From assembly GCF_030144855.1 (NCBI RefSeq), contig NC_082707.1:176390001-176454000 (forward strand): a stretch of 64,000 bases of DNA, read 5' to 3'. Shown in pieces: positions 49,601-63,622 of this stretch. How positions within the stretch are numbered: the first letter of the stretch is position 1; each line of letters starts with the position of its first letter. Made by a program: the position numbers and the translations under genes. Below the pieces are notes generated by a model. The model was not told where the DNA came from, did no database searches, and saw only the letters and a list, made by a program, of their open reading frames with translations. Source of the DNA: Hypanus sabinus (taxonomy: Eukaryota).

Positions 49601-50907
49601 GTACTCTTGGCACTGATCTCCCTATTCTTCATGTCGTTCCCCTTGGTAAATACTCATGTAAAATGTTTCACACATTTAAATTGTAATAAAGAAAAGTGAC
49701 TATATTTCTTGCAAACAATATCCACTAATGAATGGTTTTTGCACATATTGTACAATTTTTTTCTGGTTGATTGTAAAACTGACATCTGCATGAGGTTAAC
49801 AGTAAAAAAAAACTCATGGTTTATGCCATTTCACTAATTACCTAGGTTTTCATGTAGAAGATTTATGTCAATTTATCTTTGAATTTTATCCAAAAAAATC
49901 ATTGGACTAATTCAATCCTTTTCTTCTATCAGACAGGAGGGGAAAATATGATGATAACAAGCTCCCTTAGATAACTTGATGCAGGAAACATTTCCCAAGC
50001 TGAAAAGGACCAATGACAGCAAGTAAATAACCACTCACGTGTCAACACTGTTAGTTATCATTGGCTATTGAGAAATGAGGGTGGTCTTTAAGCAGTGCCC
50101 AAGAATGTTGATTTTAAAGGTTATATAAAATCATTTACTTAATATATAGCAGTTGCTCATCCTAACTTGAACTGCAGCTACTCCCATATGAATTCTCTAG
50201 GACTGAATCATAGTTTTACTGAATGCAGATCATTTGAAATCCATGCAGATGTTGCAAAAGCAGCTCTACTTGCATTTCATGTTCGTTGCCTGATGGCTAA
50301 TCAAAAGTACATCGTTTCTTCCCTACTGCTAATGAAGCTGGTTTTGTCTTTATGATTTAGTAACAGTTACTGGAGAAACTGTGCTTTGGGATATCATTCC
50401 AGTAAAACTGTGACTAGTCAACCCAAGGAACCGGAGCAATAAATTGCTTATTGATTGCAACAATACTGAACTCCCCTGAATTTCTTTCTAATTATGTAAT
50501 AGCACTGAACATGTTACTGAATTATTGTTCAGGGAAATTGGAAGGTGGGCTGTAGGGAATGGTAAAATCTTAAGAAATACTCAGAAATTAATATTTTGTA
50601 AACATATAAAACATTTTCCTTAAGTTTTCATTGGTCCTTAGTGTTTAACATTTAGATTATAGAAACTTTTTAAGTATTGATGTTGCTTCTTCCCTCCAAG
50701 AAGTTAATTTTTAGTTTCTCATGCACCTTCTCATCATTTCTCACACAACAGATCTGTGCCTCAAGGAAGTCAAGCATGGTGCAGATACTGGAAATCTGAA
50801 ATAGAAACAGAAAATGTTGGAGGAACTCTGCAGGTCAGGCAGAAAGAGAACAAGGGGTGAAGATCCTCGGTGTGCACTAGGAGGGAAGGAAATAAAATAA
50901 CTTAGTA

Positions 50908-51515
50908 CAGTGGATTTGGTTAATTGGGACACCTCGAGACCAGTACATTTTACCCCAATTAGCCGAAGTTTCATGGATATAGTTAAAAAGATTTTTTTTT
51001 GAACTACCATTTAACTGAATAGCAATTTATGCATTTAAATGAAATACAGAACAAGTTAGAACACTACTAAAACTACTACATTACTACAAAAGTGTATATT
51101 AGGTGTATAGTTATTGACGGAGATGTGATGCCACGTTCTTTTGACTGACGGTAAATTGACTGTAAGTCAGCGTAGATGCCAAGTGCAGATAAAGGACTGC
51201 CTTCATACAATACTTTTGATGATTGCATCCCCCAAATCTTCATTTTCACTGCAGCTTTCAAGATGATTGTCGGTACCTTCAAATTCTCCATAATGCCTAA
51301 CTTGTTGAAGTGGTGAAATCATTTCATTTTCAATCCTGGCCATTTTCTGGCATCTTCAAATTTGAGTGCTTGAAGCTGCAGAAGGCAAAGCAGTTCGGAA
51401 TTGTCTTACCAACTACCAGTGGCAAAAATCACTGCTTTTTGAACACAAACACATGCAAGTGATGCTATTTAAAAGCTTCACTCTAAGCACAGTGTAATGT
51501 CTAACAACACAACAA
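50908..51515. mobile_element. Tigger/pogo-like DNA transposon fragment
   Basis: TA|CAGTGGATT...GGTTAATTGGGACA terminus with an internal CCCCAATTAGCCGA inverted subrepeat; cut off by the CR1 at 51517. Confidence 0.5.
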
Positions 51516-51516
51516 G

Positions 51517-52160
51517 ATGAATGCAATGCTGGTATTCATTTCTAGAGGTATAGAATATAAGAGCAGGGATGTGATGTGGAGGCTCTATAAGGCACTCGTG
51601 AGACCACACTTGGAGTATTGTGTACAGGTTTGGGCTCCTTATTTTAGAAAGTTTATACTGACATCGGAGAGGGTTCAGAGAAGATTCACAAGAATTATTC
51701 CAGGAATGAAAGGGTTACTGTATGAGGAACATCTGGCAGCTCTTAGGCTGTATTCCCTGGAGCTCAGGAGAATGAGGGGGGATCTCATAGAAACATTCCG
51801 AATGTTAAAAGGCCTGAACAGATTAGATGTGGCAAAGTTATTTCCCATGGTAGGGGAGTCTAGGACAAGAGGGCACAACTTCAGGATTGAAGGACATCCA
51901 TTTAGAACTGAGATGCAGAGAAATTACTTTAGTCAGAGGGTGGTAAATCTGTGGACTTTGTTACCATGAACGGCTGTGGAGGCCAAGTCATTGGTTGTAT
52001 ATAAGGCAGAGACAGATAGGTTCTTCATTAGCCAAAGCATCAAAGGGTATGGGGAGAAGGCAGAGGAGTGGGAGTGACTGGAAGAATTGAATCAGCCCAT
52101 GTTTGAATGGCGGATGAGACTTAATGGGCCAAATAGCCTACTTCTGCTCCCGTATCTTAT
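51517..52160 (+). mobile_element. CR1 LINE 3' fragment
   Basis: LYKALVRPHLEYCVQVWAP...RGDLIETFRMLKG...FSQRVVNLW; tail TCTTATG. Confidence 0.93.
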
Positions 52161-52891
52161 GCTTATGGACTGAGTAAAACACACATAGATGATGGACATT
52201 AAAATGTAGGAATAAAATTATCTTACAAGCTCCACTTCCCTAGTTCCCTATTGATATTAGGGGATCAGGAGTGTAACTCAGAGACTGAAAGATTCTTTAT
52301 CAGTGAGCATGTCAAAGGTTACGGAGAGAAGACCTGAGAGTGGGTTTGAGAGCGATTATCAGTCAGCCATGATGGAATGGCGGAGCGGGCTTGAAGGGCT
52401 GAATGGCCCAGTTCTGCTCCTGTGTCTTACGGGTTTATACCCAGGCTAGGGGTTTGTTGGCTAAATGCCTTTGTGAGGGTATGGGCCTCTGAAACTGCTG
52501 CAATTATGACATTACCACCACTGATAAACAAGGAACTCCAGGTCTTTAAGCCATTGATGTTGGAATGGTAATATCTTTCCATTTCCAGGTGCTCAGTGAC
52601 TTGGTGGCATCCGTGTGTTCAGCCATCCTATGTCCAAGTACTTGGCTGCACTGTTAATGGGGCAAGTTGCTGTACTGCCTCTTTTAGATGCTACGATAGA
52701 GGGAGTGAATGTTTCAGGTTGGGGATAGATGACTATAAGAAAATTAAAGCCTTACAACTTGTACTTCAGCAAGGCATGGTCTAACCTCAAGCATTTTAAG
52801 GCTGTTGCAACATCTCAATCATCACCTTGGCTTACGTGAGCCACTTAACCACTTTTAGTTTATTGATATTGAGATGCATGTTTTGTACATA

Positions 52892-53487
52892 CGAGGGGTG
52901 ATTGATATGTTCGTGGCCTAAAGTAGAAGGGGTCAATTTTAGAAAACCGAGCACATTTATTTTTCAACACAGTCCCCTCCTACCTTTACACACTTAGCCC
53001 AGCGGTCATGGAGCATACGGATCTTGGACCTCCTGAAAGTGTCCACAGCAGGGGTGATTGATAACTTTGTGGCCCAAGGTAGAAGGAGATGAGTTATACA
53101 GCTCTAGTTACATGCACATGCAGGTCAACTCTTTGAGTGATTATGCAGAAAGTTTGAAGTTAATAATTAATCTTCTTCTACCTTAGGCCACAAACTTATC
53201 AATCACCCGGATGAGTTATTAACTTCAGACTTTCTGCATAATCACTCAAAGAGTTGACCTGCTTGTGCATGTAACGAGAGCTGTATAACTCATCGCCTTC
53301 TACCTTAGGCCACAAACTTATCAATCACCCTTGCTGTGGACATTTTCTGGAGGTTCAAGATCCGTATGCTCCACGACCGCTGGACTAATTCTGTAAATGT
53401 AGGAGGGGACTATGTTGAAAAATAAATGTGCTACGTTTTCTAAAATTGACTACTATTTTAGGCCACTAACTTATCACTCACCCCTCG
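52892..53487. mobile_element. Palindromic Tc1/mariner MITE
   Basis: TA|CGAGGGGTGA...TCACCCCTCG|TA; long inverted arms with internal repeats; TA TSD. Confidence 0.88.
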
Positions 53488-56400
53488 TACACTGTCTTGA
53501 CATGACTGAAACAACCATAATGCAGTTTGCCTGGTTTAGGGAAGGTCCTGATACCTTTAGCAGTCCAACCTCCAGCATTCGAAAGGGTTAAACTACTCAC
53601 ACTTTAAGCAGCAACAAGTATAATGCCAAGGTTCTCATATAATTGGAAACTCAAGTGAGCAATTAATCATTTCATAATCATTATCAGGATGCACAATATA
53701 ATTTAAATTTCCACCCACACATCAGTCTACAAGATAATCCTAAATCTGGCAGGTTAGTATTTAACAATTAACTATAACGTTGAGTGCCTGATGAGTAAAT
53801 AATAGTTTAGCATGAAAGAGAAAATGTCATCAGTCTTTTGGGGAGCTGGAGGGGCGTGGAAACATTTGAAGAGCGTACTATGGGAGGGAAGGGCAATTTC
53901 ACTCCCACGCTGTTCTCATTTCGCACAGGTGAAAATTTAGATTGCCAGCGATCAGATTGAAATCGAAGACATGTTTTATATTCAACCTTTTGCTTCAGAA
54001 CTAAGTAATCAGACATATTAACTAGCCATGCTTTTCACCGGTGTTTGAGTTCAGTCACCTGTCAGAAAGTCACAGGCTCACGCTCCACTCAACACAGATG
54101 AACATGATATCCAGGCTAACTGTTCAGGGTGGGGGAGAGAGAGAGGGTGGCCCTCGCAGAAAGGAGGTACTAAACTGGAACCATCTGTCTTTACAAAAAT
54201 TATGTCAAATTGTATGAGCAAAGGCATATCTTGTGGCCACCATTTTTCCTTATCTGTTTATTTATTTTGTCATTACTGTGGGGTGTTAGAACACAGAACA
54301 CAGAAATTTACAGCACATTACAGGCCCTTCGGCCCACAATATTGCGCCAACCATGTAACCTACTCTGGAGACTGCCTAGAATTTCCCTAGCACATAGCTT
54401 TCTATTTTTCTAAACTCCATGTACCTACCTAAGAGACCCCATTGTATCCGCTTCCACCAGCACCCCCACTGGTGTTGCTGTGCATAAATAGCATATTTGG
54501 CATTGGAAAGGAAAGGAAGGTGGAATGACTGTACGTATACACATGTCATTATGAATGGAAAAGGCAGGTGGCGGCTGTGCCAGTTAGGCAAGATGTCACA
54601 CTGAGGAGATTATCAGAGTGAAGGGGAATTACTTTTGCCAATTTTAGTTCATAGGGATCATTTCCGGGACCTGAACTACTTACAAGTTAAATAATGACTT
54701 GTGTGAAGGCGCTGAAGATGTGGTTACAAAATTTACTAAAGGCATTAAGAAAGATGAGAAAGTAAGAGGATATATGTTGGGGACAAAGGGATATGGATAG
54801 GATAAGTGAATGGGCAACAATCCAGCAAAATGTGACATCAGCCATTTGGACAAGAAAAGTAAAAGTATGTTGTCTAAATGGAGAAAGGTTGTAGAGCACA
54901 TTGATCTGGAGAGATTTAGTTGTTCTGGTGTGTGATGCTCAAAAGGATAGTATGTCTGCACAAGTAATTGGGAAGGCCATTTGAATGTAATTGTTTAGTG
55001 TGAGGGGATACAAAAACAACAGTAGAGAGTTTATTTGTGTTACATGGGGCATTGTAACAGCACACCTGGAGAGCTGTATACAGTATTTCTTACTTCATCA
55101 CCCCGTCACTCACCCATCCACCTTCCCCCCTCACTTGGTCTCACCTATCACCTGCAACCTTGTATTTCTTCCCCTCCCCTCACTTTCTTACTCTGGCATC
55201 TGGCCCCCTTCCTTTCCAGTGCAGATGAACAGTCTGCACACAAAACATCAGCTTTTAATTCCTCGCCATGGATGCTTCCTGACTTGCTGAATTCCTCCAC
55301 TGTTTTGTGGGTGTTGCATAAGAGGCTCTGCACTTGCTGAAAATCTTGAGCAACACACACAAAATGCTGGAGGAACTCAGCAAGTCAGGAAGATTTTCAG
55401 CATCTGCAGAACCTCTTGTGCTTATAATATTGGTTTAAGAAAGAATGTTAATGTGTTGGAAACAATTCAGAGAAGGTTACTTGTGCACATGACTTGACTG
55501 TTTGTTACCTGGAGTGCATAGGCTGCATAGATCAAACAGGCAAAGTGTTTATCCACTGGAGGTTAAAATAGGAAAGATCTTGGTAGGATCAGAAGGATGT
55601 TTACTCTTGTGTGAGAATTCATAAGTAAGAATCACTGATTAAAAATAAGGGGTCAGCTATTTAAGACAGAAATGTAAGGAAACCTTTTACTGTGTCTTTG
55701 GAAGACTTTACGTTAAATGGTGGTGGAAACGAAAATTTTGAAACATTTTGAAGCAGCAGTAGATGAATTCTGAAGCTGGAATCAGATCAGTCTGATCTTG
55801 TTAGAAACAAGAGGCATGGACTGAAACAGCATGGATATGGTCCCGTGGGCCCGATGACTCTATACACACCACAGTGCCCACCCAGCTAGTCCCAATATTT
55901 TGTTTGACCTCTCAGCTTTAGCCCACCATGTACATATCCAAGTGTTTCTTAAATGATGCTCTGGCACCTGTCTCAAACACTTCTGACAGCTTGTTCCATA
56001 CACTCACCACCTTCCACATAAAACAATGTTGCCCCTCAGATCCCTTTTAAAATCTTTCCCATCTCATGGTTAACTTGTGCCCCTAGTTTGGAACTCTCCA
56101 TTCTAGGGGAAAAGACTGTGAACCCATCCACCTTATCTATGCCTCTCATAATCGTGAACTTTTTTATAATATCACCCCTCGTTATCCTATGTTCCAAGGA
56201 ATAAAGACTTAGCCTGGCCCACCTCTTGCTATATCTCGGCATTACTATTCCTGACAACATCCTTCTAACAATGCCCTGTCTGATGGTCATTGTGCTAACT
56301 GCCTTTTCCAGCATTCTGTCTACTCGTGACGCCACTCTGAATGAATTGCACACCTGTACTCTCTGTCCTATTACACTCCCTAGTGCCCTACCATTCATAG

Positions 56401-57188
56401 TACCAGTCCTACACTGGTTTGACTCTCCAAAATCCATTTGATACACCTCTGCCCACTTCAGTATCTGATCATGAGCCCTTATAGAAACATAGAAAATAGG
56501 TGCAGGAGTAGGCCATTCGACCCTTCGAGCCTGCACCGCCACTCAGTATGATCATGGCTGATCATCCAACTCAGAACCCTGTGCCTGCTTTCTCTCCATA
56601 CCCCCTGATCCCTTTAGCCACAAGGTCCATATCTAACTTCCTCTTAAATATAGCCTATGAACCGGCCTCAACTGTTTCCTGTGGCAGAGAATTCCACAGA
56701 TTCAGCACTCTCTGTATGAAGAAGTTTTTCCTCATCTCGGTCCTAAAAGGCTTCCCCTTTATCCTTAAACTGTGACCCCTCGTTCTGGACTTCCCCAACA
56801 TTGGGAACAATCTTCCTGCATCTAGCCTGTCTAATCCCTTTAGAATTTTGTATGTTTCAATAAGATCCCCCCTCTACCTTCTAAATTCCAGTGAGTATAA
56901 GCCTAGTCGATCCAGTCTTTCTTCATATGAAAGTCCTGCCATCCCAGGAATCAATCTGGTGAACCTTCTCTGTACTCCCTCTATGGCAAGAATGTCTTTC
57001 CTCAGATTAGGGGACCAAAACTGCACACAATACTCCAGGTGCGGTCTCACCAAGGCCTTGTACATTTGCAGTAGAACCTCCCCGCTCCTGAACTCAAATC
57101 CTTTTGTTATGAATGCCAACATACCATTTGCCTTTTTCACTGCCTGCTGTACCTGCATGCCCACCTTCAATGACTGGTGTACAATGAC

Positions 57189-58406
57189 AATAGACAATAG
57201 GTGCAGGAGTAAGCCCTTCAGCCCTTCTAGCCAGCACCACCATTCACTGTGATCATGGCTGATCATACACAATCAGTACCCCATTCCTGCCCTCTCCCCA
57301 TATCCCTTGACCCCGCTATCTATAAGAGCTCTATCTAACTCACTGTTGAATGCATCCAGAGACTTGGCCTCCACTGCCTTCTGGGACAGAGCATTCCACA
57401 TATCCACCACGCTCTGAGTGAAAAAGTTTTTCCGCATCTCAGTTCTAAATGGCCTACCCCTTATTCTTAAACTGTGGCCTCTAGTTCTGGACTCACCCAT
57501 CAGCGGGAACATGCTTCCTGCCTCCAGCATGTCCAATCACTTAATAATCTTATATATTTCAATCAGATCCCCTCTCATCCTTCTAAATTCCAGTGTATAC
57601 AAGCCCAGTCGCTCCAATCTTTCAACATATGACGGTCCCGCCATTCCGGGAATTAACCTTGTGAACCTACGCTGCACCCCATCAATAGCAAGAATGTCCT
57701 TCCTCAAATTTGGATACCAAAACTGCACACAATACTCCAAGTGGGGTCTCACCAGGGCACTGCAGAAGGACCTCTTTACTCCTATACTCAATTCGTCTTG
57801 TTATAAAGACCAGCATGCCATTAGCTTTCTTCACTGCCTGCTGTACCTGCATGCTTGCTTTCATTGACTGATGTACAAGAACACCTAGATCTTGTTGTAC
57901 TTCCCCTTTTCCTAACTTGACTCCATTTAGATAGTAATCTGCCTTCCTGTTCTTGCCACCAATGTGGATAACCTCACATTTATCTACATTAAACTACATC
58001 TGCCATACATTTGCCCACTCACCCAACCTGTCCAAGTCACCCTGCATTCTCATAACATCTTCCTGACATTTCACACTGCCACCCAGCTTTGAGTCATCAG
58101 CAAATTTGCTAATGTTACTTTTAATCCCTTCATCTAAATCATTAATGTATATTGTAAACAGCTGCGGTCCCAGCACCGAACCTTGCGGTACCCCACTGGT
58201 CACAGCCTGCCATTCCGAAAGGGACCTGTTAATCGCTACTCTTTGTTTCCTGTCAGCCAGCCAATTTTCAATCCATGTCAGTACTCTGCCACAATACCAT
58301 GTGCCCTAATTTTGCCCACTAATCTCCTATGTGGGACTTTATCAAAAGCTTTCTGGAAGTCCAGGTACACTATATCCACTGGCTCTCCCTTGTCCATTTT
58401 CATAGT
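57189..58406 (-). mobile_element. CR1 LINE 3' fragment (CR1-B) inserted into the RT region of CR1-A
   Basis: Has its own tail (CTATTGT)n at ~57189 and its own SGVPQGSVLGP...KFADDSKL. CR1-A rejoins as TACAATGACA|CCCAGGTCTC. Confidence 0.88.
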
Positions 58407-58407
58407 C

Positions 58408-59785
58408 ACCCAGGTCTCGTTGCACCTCCCCTTTTCCTAATCGGTCACTGTTCAGATAATAATCTGTTTTCCTGTACTTGTAATCGAAGTGGATAACCTC
58501 ACATTTATCCACATTAAATTGCATCTGCCATGAATTTGCCCACTCACCTAACCTATCCAAGTCACCCTGCATCCTCTTAGCATTCGCCTCACAGCTAACA
58601 CCACCACCCAGCTTCGTGTCATCCGCAAACTTGGAGATGCTGCATTTAATTTCCTCATCTAAATCATTAATATATATTGTAAACAACTGGGGTCCCAACA
58701 CTGAGCCTTGCGGTACCCCACTAGTCACTGCCTGCCATTCTGAAAAGGTCCCGTTTACTCCAACTCTTTGCTTCCTGTCTGCCAACCAATCCTCTATCCA
58801 CATCAATACCATACCCCAAATACCGTGTGCTTTAAGTTTGCATACTAATCTCCTGTGTGGGACCTTGTCAAAAGCCTTTTGAAAATCTAAATATACCACA
58901 TCAACTGGCTCTCCCCTATCCACTCTACTAGTTACATCTTCAAAAAATTCTATAAGATTCGTCAGACATGGTTTTCCTTTCACAAATCCATGCTGACTTT
59001 GTCCGATGATTTCACCTCTTTCTAAATGTGCTGTTATCACATCTTTGATAACCAACTCTAGCATTTTCCCCACCACCGATGTCAGACTAACCAGTCTATA
59101 GTTCCCCGGTTTCTCTCTCCCTCCTTTTTTAAAAAGTGGGGTTACATTAGCCACCCTCCAATCCTCAGGAACTAATCCAGAATCTAAGGAGTTTTGAAAA
59201 ATTATCACTAACGCATCCACTATTTCTTGGGCTACTTCCTTCAGCACTCTGGGATGCAGACCATCTGGCCCTGGGGATTTATCTGCCTTTAATCCCTTCA
59301 ATTTACCTAACACCACTTCCCTACTAACATGTATTTCCCTCAGTTCCTCCATCTCACTAGACCCTCGGTCCCTTACTATTTCCGGAAGATTATTTCTGTC
59401 CTCCTCAGCGAAGACAGAACCAAAGTAGTTATTCAATTGGTCTGCCATGTCTTTGTTCACTATGATCAATTCACCTGTTTCTGACTGTAAAGGATCTACG
59501 TTTGTCTTGACCAATCTTTTTCTTTTCACATATCTATAAAAGCTTTTACAGTCAGTTTTTATGTTCCCTGCCAGCTTTCTCTCATAATCTTTTTTCCCTT
59601 TCCTAATTAAGCCCTTTGCCCTCCTCTGCTGGTCTCTGAATTTCTCCCAGTCCTCAGGTGTGCCACTTTCTTTTGCTAATTTATATGTTTCTTCTTTGGA
59701 CTTGATATTCTTTGGAATTTCCCTTGTCAGCCACAGGTGAACTACCTTCCCTAGTTTATTCTTTTGCCAAACTGGGATGAACAAT
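58408..59785 (-). CDS. CR1 ORF2p reverse transcriptase domain (open fragment)
   Basis: KSPGPDGLHPRVLKE, PGNYRLVSLTS, YLDFQKAFDKV, GVPQGSVLGP and SKFADDTKL. Confidence 0.93.
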
Positions 59786-60234
59786 ATCCCATATCGATTC
59801 CACATCCTCCAGGCTAATGTCCTTCCTTTCTATTGCGTTAATCTCCTCTCTAACCAGCAATGCTACCCCACCTCCTTTTCTTTCCTGTCTATCCCTCCTG
59901 AATATTGAATATCCCTGGATGTTGAGCTCCCATCCTTGGTCACCCTAGAGCCATGTCTCTGTGATCCCAACTATATCATATTCATTAATAACTATCTGCA
60001 CATTCACTTCATCCACCTTGTTACGAATGCTCCTCGCATTGACATACAAAGCCTTCAGGCTTGTTTTTACAACACTCTTAGCCCTGATACAATTATGTTG
60101 AAAAGTGGCCCTTTTTGCTTTTTGCCCTGGATTTGCCTGCCTGCCACTTTTACTTTTCACCTTACTACTTTTTGCTTCTACCCTCATTTTACACCCCTCT
60201 GTCTCTCTGCACGTGTTCCCATCCCCCTGACACA

Positions 60235-60795
60235 TTAGTTTAAAGCCTCCTGAACAGCAGTAGCAAATGTTCCCCCTAGGACATTGGTTACAGTCCAGCC
60301 CAAGTGCAGACCGTCCTGTTTATACCAGTCCCACCTCTCCCAGAACTGGTTCCAATGCCCCAGAAATTTGAATCCCTCCCCCTTGCACCATTTTTCAAGC
60401 CACGTATTCATCTGAAATATCCTCCTATTTCTACTCTGACTAGCACGTGGCACTGGTAGTAATCCAGAGATTATTACCTTTGTGGTCCTACTTTTTAGTT
60501 TATCTCCTAACTCCCTAAATTCACCTTGTAGAATCTCATCCCGTTTTTTACCTATATCGTTGGTACCTATGTGCACCACGACCACTGGCTGTTCACCCTC
60601 CCATTCCAGAATGGCCTGCAGCCGCTCAGAGACATCCTTGACCCTTGCACCAGGGAGGCAACATACCATCCTGGAGTCTCGTTTGCGGCCGCAGAAACGC
60701 CTATCTATTCCCTTTACAATCGAATCCCCTATGACTATAGCTCTCCCACTCCTTTTCCTTCCCTCCTGTGCCGCAGAGCCACCCATGGTGCAATG
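60235..60795 (-). CDS. CR1 ORF1p, SGNH esterase domain (5'-truncated)
   Basis: IVIGDSIV, PGARVKDV, HIGTNDIG and DGLHL are SGNH hydrolase blocks. Confidence 0.88.
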   Translation of the reverse strand, partial: HCTMGGSAAQEGRKRSGRAIVIGDSIVKGIDRRFCGRKRDSRMVCCLPGARVKDVSERLQAILEWEGEQPVVVVHIGTNDIGKKRDEILQGEFRELGDKLKSRTTKVIISGLLPVPRASQSRNRRIFQMNTWLEKWCKGEGFKFLGHWNQFWERWDWYKQDGLHLGWTVTNVLGGTFATAVQEALN

Positions 60796-63622
60796 AACTA
60801 TAATTTGTGATAACCTCACCTTTCATTTTCATGTCATCTGCAAACTTGCTGATGAAGCCTAGTGCATTTGCATCCAAATCATGGATATAAATACTGAATA
60901 ACAAGGGTCCTAGCACTGACTCCTGTGGCCTCCGTTCTGAGAAATGACTGCCAACCACTGACCTCTGTCTCCTATCTCTGAGCTAATTTTGAATCCACCT
61001 AACTGGCTCCCCTGGATTCCACAGGACCCAACCTTCCAGACCGGCCTATCATCTGGGACCTTGTCAAAGGCCTTACTGAAGTTCAAATAGACAATATCCA
61101 GTGCCCCACCCTCTACCTTTTTGGCAACTTTAGAAAAAAACTAAAAGGTTAGTCAAGCTCAAATTCCCACACACAAGGCCACGCTGGCTCCTCCTAATCA
61201 ATGTCTGCCTATCTAAATGCTGGATGCCCTCCCTCAGGATCCCCTCCAGTAAATTCCCTCTACTGATATCAAGCAGATTGGTCTGTAGTTTTCTGGTTTG
61301 TCCTTGCAACCCTTTTAAAGAATGGAACATCATCAGCTATCTTTCTGTCATTTGGAATTTCACCAGTGGTTAACAATTATTGGATGAAAGAGGAGGCTTA
61401 GAGGCCTAATCCCATTTCTAATTCATATGCACATGGGATTTAATCTCAGATCCAACACACACATTCACAATTTCACCACTTTATATTAGGGAACATGCTT
61501 TCCTTTATTGCCAAACAACTGAGATCAGTGTGGTGATATGTTCTGGACTGAAATTCAGGGATGTTATTGAGCAGTCAGCTCAGTGGTATTTTGAAGCTTT
61601 TTATACTTTTCTGTGGTTGTTGGGTAAGCAGGATTTATCAGGAAGTGAGAAGTAGACATCGCTTAACTTGTAGCATCTATATTCATTAAAGTACTTGCTT
61701 CAAAGGGTGAGATGTAGCTTTTGCGATCCCCATGGAGTGTTTCACTGAAAAGAAACTACGTCATTGGGGTTTAACTTTCTTTCCACAGATGTTGCTGGAC
61801 ACTTCATGATATATTAACTTGTGTCTTTTTCCTGGTTAACTCCTGGAGTTTAAAGTACTATTTACCCTGTCAGCTTTGGTCTGCACCCTATCACAGCTAT
61901 CCCTTCTTTTCTCTCCCTGCCCCCAACCCTTCCACTCTCTGCAACTTAAAAAGTTCAAAGTTCAAATAAATTTTTCTATCGAAGAATGAATATTTCACCA
62001 TATGCTACTTTGAGATTCATTTTCTTGCAGGCATTCACAGTAGAACAGAGAAATAAATTAAAGCTGTTAAAATGTACTTGTTTTTTCACTTTTCCAGACT
62101 AGTTGAAGGGTTCTTGACCTGAAACATTAACACATTTTCTCTTTGCATGCACATTGAATTTTTCGTCATATTTATGGTTTGGATTTCCAGCATCTCCAGT
62201 TTTATTACAAACCCTTTCAATCAACCTGTGCCTTCCAACTTGACGATTCTACATGGCAATGAGTCACAGATTCTTTCCCCTATTAGGTAGTAAGTTTTTT
62301 CATGAAATTCTTAAGAGAATCCATTTGTGACTATCACCTACTTTTGACTCCTTTGAGTTTCTCCATCTCCTCATCTTCCTTCGTCAAGCCTAATTCACAA
62401 CGTTAAATTCCTCCCAAGAAGCACCCCACTAATCACTACATTTTAGCAACCCTTTGATCACTTTGCTCTACAATGGACCTTGTGTTTTTTAAAATGTTTT
62501 AATTGTGATCTTTCCTGTACAAATTGTGTGTAATTTATGTTTTTTTGGTGAATGCTGTTTATCTGATGCTCTGTGCCTGTGATGTTGCTGTGATGTTTTT
62601 CATTACATCTGTGCACAAGTGTACTTGTGCATATGACGATAAACTGGACTTTGTCTCTCCCGCTGGGTTCTGATAAATGTATTTAATCATTTTAGTTATG
62701 GTGCTTGTAAATCTCTTTTATACCTTTGCCAATAGCTCCAGATTATTGTCAGAACATGGATACCATAACTTTACACAGTGTTCCAAATACGGTATAAACA
62801 AAATTCAATTTATTCATTTATTATTGATCCCTACAGTTTATTTGAAAGATTTATGGATTTCTGGGTTTTTTTTTGGTTGATCACTGGGGAAAGAACAGGA
62901 AGCAGCTACAAACCCAAATCACTATTTTCCACCCAAAATTTCTTTCTCTGCAATGGTCAGAATGAAAGAGAAAATGTCTTTGAGATCTGGAAAAGGAAAT
63001 TTCATTAACTCCCAATTCAGGAACGTTTCCCTGGTAACGCACAAGACTGCAGATGCTGGAATCCGAGCAACAAGCAATTTGCTAGAGGAACGCCTGTGGA
63101 GGAAAAGAAATTATCGATATTGTTGGTCAAAATTCTGCAAAAGGTTCCCGGATTTTGCTTGTGCCAAACCAATTTTACTTTATATAAATGACTGATTTCT
63201 TTTCCCATGCTGGACTAAGCATAAATAAGTTAAAAATTCCATGAAGAATATTTAGTCTGATTTTGATTTTAAAATCCAAAATATTAAGGTATTTAGAATT
63301 GTTATGTTTGCTACATGCAGTTTCAGGGTCTGGGCAAGAAAAAATGTCAACACATGAGTTATTGCTCCTAATTCCTGATACTTTGCTTTTGTTGTTAGAG
63401 CGAGTTGCCAGTCAGAGGAAAACCCACCTAGAAAATTGAACAACTCTGGGTAATGTACATCCAAATTGTCAGCTGTCAGACTCCAGTGGGCTAGGCTAGG
63501 TGAAGATAATTTAGAGAATGAGGAAAGAATAAGGCTGTAGATGAGGAAAAGCAGCATATGCAGTAACGTGGTGAGATATATTCATCCCCAATTGATTCAT
63601 TTTACTCTTGTTCTCTCTGTAG

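Larger units (their letters stand above)
56481..60795 (-). mobile_element. Younger 5'-truncated CR1 LINE (CR1-A) with ORF1 esterase and ORF2 EN/RT, internally deleted and interrupted by CR1-B
   Basis: ORF1 60235-60795; ORF2 from 60235 with a nonsense codon at ~59945 and a deletion at ~59785; RT 58408-59785; C-terminus resumes 57188-56700; 3' tail (TTTCTATG)n at 56481. Confidence 0.9.
55810..61375 (-). mobile_element. Old outer CR1 fragment (55810-56480 and 60797-61375) split by younger CR1 insertions
   Basis: The two pieces are colinear CR1 RT sequence: PQESVLGPLLFSIYIHDLD...SKFADD on the right, continuing as KWAEVYQMDF on the left. Confidence 0.75.
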
